Shown here: in pieces, positions 1 to 10,675 of the stretch | Layout: each line of letters begins with the position of its first letter | How positions within the stretch are numbered: the stretch's first letter is position 1 | NCBI RefSeq assembly: GCF_000143415.4 | Contig: NW_003314279.1 | Coordinates: 1,164,091-1,228,090 of the forward strand | DNA from: Selaginella moellendorffii | Taxonomy: Eukaryota > Plantae > Lycopodiophyta | DNA: 64,000 nt | Direction: 5' to 3' | The notes under the pieces: model-generated | The model's input: only the letters and a program-made list of their open reading frames with translations | The model's database searches: none | What the model was told of the DNA's origin: nothing | Program-made: the position numbers and the translations under genes

Positions 1-380
1 AGCTTGATCATGTGTGTATATGGGACGGGGTAGTCGCCTATGTCGTCAAACCCGAGTGGTTTTTCAAGACGGGGGAATTGGCCGCCCACAATTTCGGTGT
101 ACTTGAGGCTGTGATGCAGGAGAAACCCCTGGAGGCATCTGGTGGTAAGATCCGAGTTGCCCAGCACCTTAAAGGCTTGGCCGAGGACACGGTTGTCTAG
201 GCGGAGCATCACCATCCACAGAAACTCTCCAAACTCTTTGTAGGCTTCCTGGGTGGGTGGTTTGCTCACCTGAGAGACATTCCTGCCTTCACTGCCGCTC
301 CTACTCCTACTCGCGATTGCTGTGTGGATGCCACTCCTACTCCTAGTCACCGTTGCCATGTGAATCAGCCGCCTGAACAT
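1..380 (-). CDS. 5' part (runs off the window edge) of a paralog of the gene at 14090-15506; unknown protein with Arg/Ser-rich, transit-peptide-like N-terminus
   Basis: Positions 1-~290 are near-identical to 15145-~15430. The minus strand reads from ATG 380: MFRRLIHMATVTRSRSGIHTAIASRSRSGSEGRNVSQVSKPPTQEAYKEFGEFLWMVMLRLDNRV. Confidence 0.75.
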   Translation of the reverse strand, partial: MFRRLIHMATVTRSRSGIHTAIASRSRSGSEGRNVSQVSKPPTQEAYKEFGEFLWMVMLRLDNRVLGQAFKVLGNSDLTTRCLQGFLLHHSLKYTEIVGGQFPRLEKPLGFDDIGDYPVPYTHMIK

Positions 381-3300
381 ATTTTAGGGCTTGGCTCGTT
401 TGTCCAGGAGTTGACATTGTAGAACTGAATTGAACAAAGCTTGCTTAATTGCATAAGTTTGGATAAAACGACACTGTCACTGTTTTGGGAGTAGATTCCT
501 CCGTTACCATGCTGCAAATTCAGTATTTTGTATTCCTAAAGCACATCCGCTTAAAAACTCTCTAGGCTTTCAAACATGAGATTAGGATCTAGTTGGCGAT
601 GAATAATCCAAACCTGGGAAATCTGACACCAGCAAAAGTGGAGGTAGCTGTCAACAACTTGATGGGCCTGTCATATGATTGTCTTAGCCATTTAGCTGGG
701 TACCCCAGTAATGTAGCGTCAAAGACCATCACATAACATGGGAATTCTGATTGTGCTTGTCTTTTGCTGAGTGATGTGAACTTGTTAATTCAAGCATACT
801 TCCTGATACAATAATTTCCTTTGTGTGTTTAAAATATTCTTCTTTTGTATTAAGTCACTACACACAGACTCTGGAGTGGCTGCAACACTACTGCATGAGG
901 TGAGATACAACAGGTTCTCAAGGGCTCCTACCACTACATCTTAGCTAAGCAGTACAGGTTTGGTTTTTAAATTTTCTTTGATTTTGGCTTATGTTAATTG
1001 TCAGGGATGGGGGTGCACACCTTCCACTAACAAAGATGTCAAGGGTGGTTAACAATAAGAGCGCATTAGAGGTGGCGTGGACTTCGTACATGTTTGCTAC
1101 AGCACCACTTCTAAGTCGCTAGGCTCTCGTTTCTCAGTACGTAACTCTTTCAGGTTTCATACAGGTACTGGACCTGCTCGTGTCGACACAGCTGCACTAC
1201 TGCAACAAGTTGCCTGAGCTCTCAACTGCAAGGAGGTTTCCACTCATGGAAGCTTTACTGGCAAGCGTGATACACATGAAAGGCAGGGGTATTTGTTGAA
1301 TAAAGGTAAAAGGATTTCCCGACTTTTATTGTTTTTACAAGGGCTTTCAAGAACACAACCATAGCAGTATTGTAAATTTATGAATGCTCATGGATCACTG
1401 GTAGTTGTTTGTTGCTTTCTAGGGACTGAGGAGACAACAAGCACCAGTTGGAATTTTTCGACTCAACGGGACAATGTACATTTTATGAGCATGAGATGAG
1501 GCTCATGGACAGCATACCAGTTTATGAGTGGCTCTCCATGGCAGGAGTGGAATTTATCATCCAAGGCAGCATTCACTAGTTTGATCATTCACTAGCTTGA
1601 TCATACTTTTGCAATGAGCAAAGAGATAAATATAGCTCAACTGACAATGACGTCTCTCAGCTCAACTGATGGTGAGTGCGCTCTGTAGGGTGATCATGGG
1701 CTCCATGGTTGTCTTTGCTAATCTCTTCTTGGCTGAGAATGTGTTGCAAGTATGCTGTTGATCGCAGCATAGTGATAGTGAGCTTAATTGCTAAGGTAGT
1801 GCAAATGCAAGTTTAAGGTTTAATTAAGTTTGAATCTGAAAAAAAAGTTATTATATCAAAGGTTTAGTTTAATTTAAGTTTGAAAAAAGAGGACGAAGGA
1901 TCAAATATATAAATTAATTTTTCCTCTCCAAGAAATGATCCATAATGAAGTATGATGTCATTATTCATGTTCACATCATATAATCAATAATATTTACTTT
2001 GATGCATGTTAGTTATAGTGGTCTTAAAAGTGGTATACCATGGAATGGGTAGTGATGAACAGCTAAACCATTTTGCCTAAACTTAGATTGTAATGTTTAA
2101 TTCTTTTTTGGGGAACTTATTGAGTACCTTGGTTTTTTATTAATTTTTAATTTAGAGTGGTATGAGTTTATTTATAGGTGTTAGTGTTGTAAATCTCTAT
2201 TAATGAAGTGTGGCATTTGTATTGCATTTTTTTGATTAAAGTTATCACATTATACTAATGTAAATCTTTATAGTAGTAATGTGGACTTTCCTCGTAATTA
2301 ATGATCAAATTATTGTGATTTCAATATCATATATTGATAATGTGTTTACAAAGTTGCTTGCTTTACAAAGTTACATATGATGATCAATCCTAAAATAGTT
2401 GATAATGATGCTAATTTACTTGTTAAGTAGTATGACTGGATTATCAAAAATGATTTATTATGATAAGCTAGTGTTAGTACCTTGGTTCTTTGAAAATTTG
2501 CCTATTGAGGTTTTAGAAAAGTTATAGCATTCAATTGCAACTTGTAAATGAATTTGTTGGTAAGTTCAAACATTTTCCAGAGGAATGGCAACTTCAGATG
2601 CAAACTCAAAGCATGGACTCAAACTGGCTACAGACGACTATCCATGCCAAGAAGGACATTCAAAAATTCACAGTCATCACAGCTAGAGGAGCATAACATG
2701 AACATGACCCAGTAGGAGCAGCCTCCAAAATCTCTACAGCATACAGCAATATTGCTAGATCCAACTCTCGACACCGACACCAGCAACATGCTGCATCACC
2801 ATGAACACCACAGTCGCAAGTGTCCCAAGCAAGGGCAACACTGCGAGCCTGAGCTTCTACACCAGATCTTAAGCTTAGCATTTCTCCAGTTTATGGACAA
2901 AATGTAGCATCTCCAACCAATGCCACAGATGCCAATAGCTGCAGATTTTGCGAGGCTTGCAGATGAGCATTTTCATGTGAGATTGAGTCTAGGTTATGAT
3001 CAATGCATTGTCTACCAGCCCCTTGACACAAAGGCCACAAAGATCCAGAATGACATTCTCCAACTCAAGAGGAGCATTTGAGGTACGGCTTTCCAAGGAT
3101 TTGTATGCACAAAGACTTAGTGCATGAATGAGGAACTCTCCAAGGAGAATGCAGAGCTTCACATTGAGATCTGACAGCTCAAAGCACAGCAGCCACCCAT
3201 TGTCATGGATGACGACAATGAGAGTGATCACGATGACAATGATGACGAGTTCTGACAGAAGCTTGACAAGTTCAAGAACGAGCTCTCTGGAGTCGCAACA

Positions 3301-4288
3301 GCAACAAAACTGCTCAATGCCATGGAGCATTGAGAGCTTTGAGATGAAGCTCAATTTAGTTGTGGGAGAAAAATAGAACACAAGAAATCAACCTTGCATT
3401 TAGAAGCATCATCCTGAGTCTTGAGACTCAAATCTTAAGACTCTAGAACAGGAAAAAGTGGTGGTTGCCACCATGTAGTATTAGTTAAAGGGGTCTTTTG
3501 TATTCTAGCCTTTCATCATCAATACACATCCATATACTTAAGATCCAGAATACTTAAGTGATGCTAAGTTTATCTTTGCTCATGACCTTGACAAAAGCCT
3601 TCCTAGGGATCAAAGGACTCAAGTCACTCTTCTTTTTTACTTTCTATGTGTTTGTTTGTGTTAGCTGCAGCAAAGTGCAAGATCAAGTCAAGCAAGCATA
3701 GCAATAAACAACCACTCTTCCATTCTTTTCTCTTTCTCTCGTATTCTTAGTTTGTTCATTTCTTTTACAATATAGGCAATTCACACAAAGTTTCCACCAA
3801 GTGCTTGGGATTTCAAGGGTAGAGGAGGCTTTCCTCCCACCCTTAGAGGAGAGCTCTTGTGATATTGTGGTCTATTCTTCTCCAGCTCTACATAGTGATG
3901 ATAGAGTTCCCTTGGTGATTGAGAAGGTGTTGTTGAAGCTTGTGGGATACAAGGAAATCATCTAGTAGCAGCAAAAAATCCAAGAAAAGTTGTTCAAGGA
4001 GCTTAGAGCATGTTGTTTACAATAGGCAAAGAGACTGAGATGCCCTCCTTGTTTTTGGTACTACTCGCATTGCGATGTTATAATGCACATCATAGAGAGA
4101 TGTTGGAAGCTTCACCCAGAACTTTGACCACCTTCTATCTAGCATGTTTAGCAACAGCTTCTAGTGGATAACTCTTCCATGACTAGTAGACAGATACCAG
4201 CAACAATTGGAGCATAAAGCGATTAAAGACACCCTTTCATCAAGCCATATATGCACGGTTTACATTGCAAAGGATGGTTATAAGGTGG

Positions 4289-5441
4289 TGTAAGGAACCG
4301 ACTCCCCGAGATGTCGTAGGCTAAAGGATCCCCAAAAGCTTGACCGAAATGACAAAGAGTTCATTGGATGGGACCAAGTCAAGGATCGAGTCCAAGACCG
4401 ACTCTAGGACCGAGTTCGAGATAAGGTCCGGAATCGAGTCCAAAACCGACTCGGGGACCGAGTTCGAGTCCGAGTTCGAGACCGAGTTCGAGACGGAGTC
4501 CGAGATCCGAAATCGGGTCCGAGACCGAGTCCGAGGTCGAGTCCGAGGTTGGATCCGAGATCGGGTCCGAGATCGAGTCCAAGATCGAGTCCGAAACCAA
4601 ATCCGAAGTCGGATCCGAAATCGGGTCCGAGATCGAGCTAGAGACTAAGTCCAAATACTAATACGGGTCAAGGGGTGAAAGCCCAAAGCGTGCATCTCCC
4701 AGGGGGGGGGGGGGGGGCTGCAGGGGGTTCCAAAAGTATAGTAGGGATAGTGAGGTCCAGGAACCAGTTTTGAAGGGACTCTCCAGTTGGGCTTCCAAAC
4801 CGACTTGAGGTTGAGACTGGGACCGAGGGGCCTTGGGTGGGAGTGAGCATGGACTTGGCTGGTGCCGGAGGGGCCATCCAAGGAAGTGCTCAAGAGCAGC
4901 TCCCACTCCCGAAAGGGAAACCGATTGCGGTGCTCCCGGCTCAGGTGGAGTGGTGCCCCACTTGAGTACCTTGTGGCTCATTGGTCCTCGCCCTTCCGGG
5001 GGCTTGGGCCTTCCCTTCGGGATGGAAGAGGGGGGGTAGAGGTACCCATACCGGGCCGTTAGGCCACGGTGTTTCGCCCCGACGTCCCGAAGCAAGTGCT
5101 GCACCCAAGGCTTGGGATTTAGAGGGTCCCATGATCAAGTCTTGTGGTACCAAGGGGTGTTAGGAATCTGGAGGCTTGGTGTGCTTGGCTACTTGTGCCT
5201 GCGGGGAGTGTAGCCGAACCTTAAGTCCAGTTTAACCCGGGGAGGGGGATTGGGAGAGATTTGGGAATCCGTAGATGGATGGCTAACACTCCGTTGCTCG
5301 TGCAGTAAGTAGCTGAAACCAAGTAGGAGTTGGTACCATAGGCGAGAACCTTGGCGAGGGAACTTAGCACAAGCCAAGGCAGAGTTGGTTGGATAGGCGA
5401 GGTAAGCTGGCAAATTGGAAAGGAAAAATTTGTGGCTTACA
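4289..5441 (+). repeat. 5' LTR (1153 bp)
   Basis: TG...CA termini with a 6-bp inverted repeat; direct repeat of 10676-11823. Confidence 0.97.
4380..4650. repeat. Degenerate CpG-rich hexamer array (CGAGTC/CGAGAT/CGGGTC/CGAGAC) inside the LTR; copy at ~10767-11037
   Basis: Visible tandem units such as cgagtccgagatcgggtccgagaccgagtccgagg. Confidence 0.85.
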
Positions 5442-5444
5442 ATT

Positions 5445-5457
5445 TGGTATCGGAGCC
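5445..5457 (+). promoter_or_regulatory. Primer-binding site complementary to the initiator tRNA-Met 3' end
   Basis: TGGTATCGGAGCC, 3 nt after the LTR end; the canonical plant iMet PBS is TGGTATCAGAGCC (one A>G, compatible with a G-U pair). Confidence 0.92.
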
Positions 5458-5500
5458 TCTTTCTCAGTTCTAGCGAAGGATAGAGGCGGATTGCTGGGAG

Positions 5501-8500
5501 ATGGCAAGGGCAGGACGTAAGCGAACCCAGGCAGAGACGGAACCTCCTCCAGAGCTGGAGCCTCCGGTCGAACAGGAGGCGATGGATGAGGAATCCTTGC
5601 ATGAGGAGGACTCCAGTGAGGCAACTTCCAAATAGGAGTCTGGTGGTGAGGTTCGGTCGTCCAAGGCTCGATTGGATGTTCTAGAAGGACAATTGGCACA
5701 GACCAATGCCCTGCTAGAGACTCTCGTATGCAAGCTAAAGCGTGACGAGAAGCGGAAGAAAAAGCGAAAGACTGCGGATGTTGGCAGCGCAGAAGGTGCG
5801 GACCCTTCGGCAGGGACTGAGGCAAAACCAGACAAGGTCGAACAGACCGAAGTGGAATCAGTCCCTCAGGCAGTTCCCAAGTACAAACCAAAGCCCCCAC
5901 CGGTCTTCAAGGGAGTGAACGACTATAAGGTGGTGGAGGATTGGTTTTACGATATGGAGGACTACTTCCGAGCGTTGCGATTACCAAGCTCGGAGAAGGT
6001 CCCATGTGCAAAACCATACTTGGCAGATAATGCCAAGTCTTGGTGGAAAACGATAGAGGCCAACGAAGGACCGGTGGCCACTTGGGAAATGATGAAGGCG
6101 AGGATCCGCGCAACTTACGTTCCTCCAAATGCTACTCTGCATCTAAGGGACGAGCTGAGTAGGCTGAAGCAGACCGGAACCATTCAGGAGTATGTGAATG
6201 GGTTTATGGCAAAGAGGATACTTGTCACGGACATGGGGGATATGGATGCGTTCCATGCCTTCATATCAGGTTTGCAAACCTGGGCTCGCGGCGAAGTAAT
6301 GCGGTGGAACCCGACCAACTACAAAGAAGCGTTGGATGCGGCCATCAAGGTGCATTTCAACGATAACCTGCGAAAGGGGAACATGACGGGGTCGGGATCC
6401 ACGTTTAGCAAAGGGGCCAAACCAAGGGGAACGTTTAGCAGAGGGAAATTCAAGAAGAGTTTCTCTAAGAATGAGTCCTCGGGGTTCCGGAAAGGCAGAT
6501 CCGGTGGCCAGCGAGCGAGTACGTGGGGGAGTCAGGCGAAAAGAGATAAACCCATGGATAAGAAGGTCAAGTCATATAGCAGCGTGGGAAACAACGTATG
6601 CTACAACTGCGGTGAAGCGGGACACTTCTCGAGGGAATGTCCCTACCCGAAGAAAGCCAGAGCCAATATGGCCATCAAGTCGGGTGAAGTCCAAAACGAG
6701 GTATGTGATCCAGTCCCTAACTCAAAGTTACTCATTACACGAGCAACTTTGGTAGAGAGTCGTTCGCGACATCTACTAGCCCTCCGAGGGAAGCTCGGAG
6801 GTAGCTTTGTTAAGATCCTTATTGACACGGGTGCTTCGGATAATTTTGTGGCTGCAGACATAGTCCGGCAAGCCGGACTAACGGTGCAGCGGCTAGGCGA
6901 ACCAAGGACTATAGAGTTTGTTCAAGGTAGCCAAAGCACCGATGAGGTACTTCGACAAGCGAGAGTCGAAGTGGGGACTTGGAAGGTGGACATGGATTTC
7001 ACCGTGTTGGACATGGTGGGATTTGACGTGATCTTCGGAATGGACTGGTTCAATCGATTCATGGTAGCCCTGCATGGACAAGGTAGAAACCTTGTGGTAC
7101 TGGCGAATGCACAAGGAAGAAGATCTAGGGTGGAGGCCCAAGATCTAAAGGTAGGGCAAAGCAAGGCCAAAGATTCCTGCTTAAACCTGGTGTCCACGAG
7201 AGGACAACTCACTAAAGGAACTAAGGCGGCCTTTTTGTGCTTACTCTCGGTGAAGAGTGACAAAAAGACAGGAATGGAAGAAGTACCTTTAGTGATCCAG
7301 CGGGTGTTGGACCAATTCCAGGATACCATGCCGGAGGAGCTACCAGCGGGGCTACCCCCAGCACGACCGATAGAACATAAGATTGAGCTAGTCGAGGGTG
7401 CTGAGGCAGTGGTTCGTCCCTCTTATCGTTTGAACGAAAAAGAACTCAAGGAGCTCAAGTGCCAACTAGAGGAGTTGGTGGACAAAGGGTATGTTAGGTT
7501 GAGCAAGTCGCCGTATGGGGCGCCGGTGTTATTTGTGAAAAAGAAAGATGGATCTATGCGCATGTGCATAGACTACCGGTTGCTCAACAAGTATACAAAG
7601 AAGAACAAGTACCCTTTGCCAAGGATTGAGGACCTGTTCGATAGGTTGGGAAAGGCAAAATACTTCTCGAGGATTGACCTAAGGTCAGGATACTACCAGA
7701 TCAGGGTAGCCGAGGAAGATGTCGAGAAGACAACCTGTCGAACGAGGTATGGAAGCTTTGAGTTTCTGGTGATGCCCTTTGGGCTGTGCAATGCGCCGGC
7801 AACGTTTTCGGCGTTGATGAACCATATCTTTGTACCCTATCTGGATCACTTTATGGTCGTCTATATCGACGACATCCTGATCTATAGCGAGACGCTAGAG
7901 GAGCATTCCGAACACTTGGCAAAGGTGTTTGAGAAACTAAGGGAACACAAGCTGTATGCTAAAGAGAGCAAATGTGACTTTGCTCAACAAGAGGTAAAGT
8001 TTCTCGGGCATGTGGTGGGCCAGGACGGGCTCAAGGTGGACCCGGAGAAGGTCCAAGCGATCCAGGAATGGGAGCGACCAGCCAATGTACATGAGTTGAG
8101 GGCATTCCTGGGGCTATGCAACTACTATCGAAAGTTTATCAGACACTATTCGAGAGTAGCCCTGCCCTTAACGGACCAAATAGGAAAAGGGAAGATGGTG
8201 TGGACAGCGGAATGCGAGGCGGCATTCGTCCACCTCAAAGGGAAGTTGAGGAAGGCTCCCGTATTGGCATTACCAGACTTTGGTAAGGACTTTGAGGTAG
8301 AAACAGATGCTTCGGACTTTGCGTTGGGCGCAGTTTTGAAGCAAGACAACCATCCGGTAGCGTTCTTCTCGAAGAAGTTGGACAAGGCTCAACGGAAGTG
8401 GCCTGCCCACGAGAAGGAATTGTTTGCGGTGGTCAAGGCGCTCAAGGAGTGGCGACACTACCTTGGGAGACACTTCAAGGTTTACACGGACAATGTGGCA

Positions 8501-10272
8501 ACGAAACACTTCTTGTCACAGCCCGACCTAAGAGGGAAACAAGGTCGGTGGGCCAATGCCTTGGCCGAGTTTGATTGCGAAATTCTGTACAAGCCTGGGA
8601 AGAGCAACATCGTGGCGGATGCGCTAAGTCGAAAAGCGAGCTTGAGGTTGGCAATATCCAGCGCAACAGCAACCTTCTGGGACAATGTGCGGACAGCATA
8701 TGAGAACGATGGTCTAGCACAAGAAGTGTTGCTGAGGAATCTAGAGGCGCGGGAAGCTCACCAGAGAGGTGAGCTGCCAACGGAAGAGAAAACAGGCTAT
8801 GCGGAACGCAACAGACTCATTTATTACAAGCAAACGAGGGTGTATGTTCCAGAAGGGGAACTAAGGAAGGTGGCCTTAGAAGAGTGTCATGACGGACCTC
8901 TTGCGGGACATGGTGGAGTGCCCAAGATGATGGGCTTACTCAAAAGGAAGTACCATTGGCCAGATATGGCTAAGGACGTCCAAGACTATGTAAAGACATG
9001 TCCAACATGTCAGCAGGTAAAAGCCGTGACTAAGGCTAGTGGGGGCTTGTTGCAAAGCATCCCAATTCCAGATCGCCCGTGGAAATGTCTTACGATGGAC
9101 TTCATCACGGGACTCCCTCCAAGCGAGGGGTTTGATGCGATATTCGTGGTGGTGGACCGATTTTCGAAAATGGCACACTTCATACCCACCACAACGGAGG
9201 TGGATGCGGAAGGTGTGGCAAAGCTGTTCTTCGAACAAGTGGTTCGAGTGCGGGGAAGACCGGAAGAGATCATCTCCGATCGAGATAAGATCTTCACCAG
9301 TAGTTTCTGGAGGACTCTCCTGGAACAGTATCGCACCAAGTTGAAATTCAGCACAGCCTATCACCCACAAACAGGTATGGGGTATTGAGTCAAGTTGTGG
9401 GAACTAACACTTCTTGACAGACGGACAAACGGAAAGGGTGAATAGGCAGCTGGAGGATTATTTGCGATGCTATGTCTCGGGAGACCAGACCGATTGGGTA
9501 AGTCATTTGGGACTTGCGGAGATGTGTTATAACAACTCACCACATTCGAGTATCGGGGTGAGTCCATGGGAAGTCATCAATGGGCGAGCTATTGAAGGTC
9601 CTGTGGAACTCGGCATGGCCGAGTATCATGGAGAGTTGCCCGCAGTGGAGGCATTCACGGCGGAAAGACTCAGCATTTGGAACCTAGTGAGGGATTCCTT
9701 GGAACGGGCTCAACAAAGGCAAACCAAATACGCGAACCAGAAGCATCGGGATGTAGAGTTCCAAGCTGGGGAGAAGGTGTGGCTGAACACCAAGAACCTC
9801 AGACTACCAAGTGGGATCAGCCGAAAGTTGACCCAAAGGTAAAGATGCATGTATTCCTGTAAATGAATTGATCTTGAGTTCCTTAAGCAGGTTCGCGGGG
9901 CCTTACGAGATTGAGGCACGAATCGGTAAAGTGGCTTACCGACTCCGACTTCCTCGAGAGATGGGGAAGATGCACCCAGTGTTCCACGTGAACTTACTCA
10001 AGCCGTACTTTGAGGATCCGCTTCGCAAGGACCAAGTGAGACCTTTACCTGAGGTTATCCAAGGGGAAGAGGAATACGAAGTCAAGGCCATCCTCAATGC
10101 GCGCAAGAGCAAGCGACAAGGACGCGAGGTGAGAGAGTTCCATGTGAAGTGGAGAGGATTTCCACAATGCGAAGCAACATGGGAACCGGAGGAGAACCTA
10201 GCGAACGCTCGAGATCTAGTGGAGGAATTTCTGCAAGGCAGAACTCTATGTACTTATGCAAAATTCAATTAA
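5501..10272 (+). CDS. gag-pol: Gag-Pol polyprotein, predicted spliced join(5501-9374,9421-9838,9891-10272), with an in-frame TAG at 5633-5635
   Basis: ATG 5501 is in frame with the 1238-aa ORF. Motifs: CCHC knuckle [14 protein letters not shown]; protease LIDTGAS; RT YIDD; RNase H ETDAS; IN HHCC, MDFIT and ISDRD; chromodomain YEVKAIL...VKWRGF...TWEPEENL. Removing two GT-AG segments restores [13 protein letters not shown] and KLTQRFAGPY. Confidence 0.9.
9375..9420 (+). other. Predicted spliceosomal intron 1 in integrase (46 nt)
   Basis: AG|GTATGG...CTAAC(9404-9408)...TTCTTGACAG|AC. Exact removal restores the frame and the HPQTDGQTE motif. Confidence 0.85.
9839..9890 (+). other. Predicted spliceosomal intron 2 in integrase (52 nt)
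   Basis: AG|GTAAAG...AT-rich...TTAAGCAG|G. Exact removal restores RKLTQRFAGPY (GPY/F module). Confidence 0.85.
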
Positions 10273-10661
10273 AAATATCAATTTGCAAAGTTGAGCAAGT
10301 GGCATATGTTGGGACCCAAAGGCGCGCCAAAGGTAAGCTAATTAGCATGGGTTGGATAGGTCGACCAGGCGTAGGGCACTACACCCGACTCCCCGCGGGG
10401 ATGTCGAATCCGTAGACGTATTCTACGGAGGTTGGGTTCGAGTCCCAACCCCCTAGTAAAGCAAGGCTGGGTTCAAGTCCCGACCCCATACTAGGGCATG
10501 GTGAGGTGAGGAGTATAGGGACACCTATATTCCATTGTCATGGGCTCTTGGCCGGGGAGGCTAACTTAGGCACACCGCTAAGTGGGGGGATGCCCCCGGA
10601 GACATGGTCAACAAGTCGTAGGATAAAACGAGACGTTCGATGTGGGCATCGAACTTCTTCT

Positions 10662-10675
10662 ATGGGTGGTGGAGT
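10662..10675 (+). promoter_or_regulatory. Polypurine tract
   Basis: ATGGGTGGTGGAGT immediately before the 3' LTR. Confidence 0.8.

Noticed and set aside
4380-4650. CRISPR-like or satellite array
   Set aside because: No unique spacers, eukaryotic context, and it is internal to the LTR.
4340-5163. Many short ORFs in the LTRs, including RDRV/SDP repeat peptides
   Set aside because: By-products of the hexamer array and high GC; one is broken by a stop in the other LTR.
5517-5635. Intron skipping the premature gag TAG (C|GTAAGC ... AATAG)
   Set aside because: Joining these sites puts gag out of frame.
9361-9900. Integrase breaks as programmed ribosomal frameshifts or simple decay
   Set aside because: They are 46- and 52-nt insertions with GT-AG ends, not 1-2 nt slips, and exact excision restores conserved motifs.
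10409-10490. True tRNA gene
   Set aside because: T-arm-like hairpins are present, but I see no convincing D-arm/A-box or acceptor stem.
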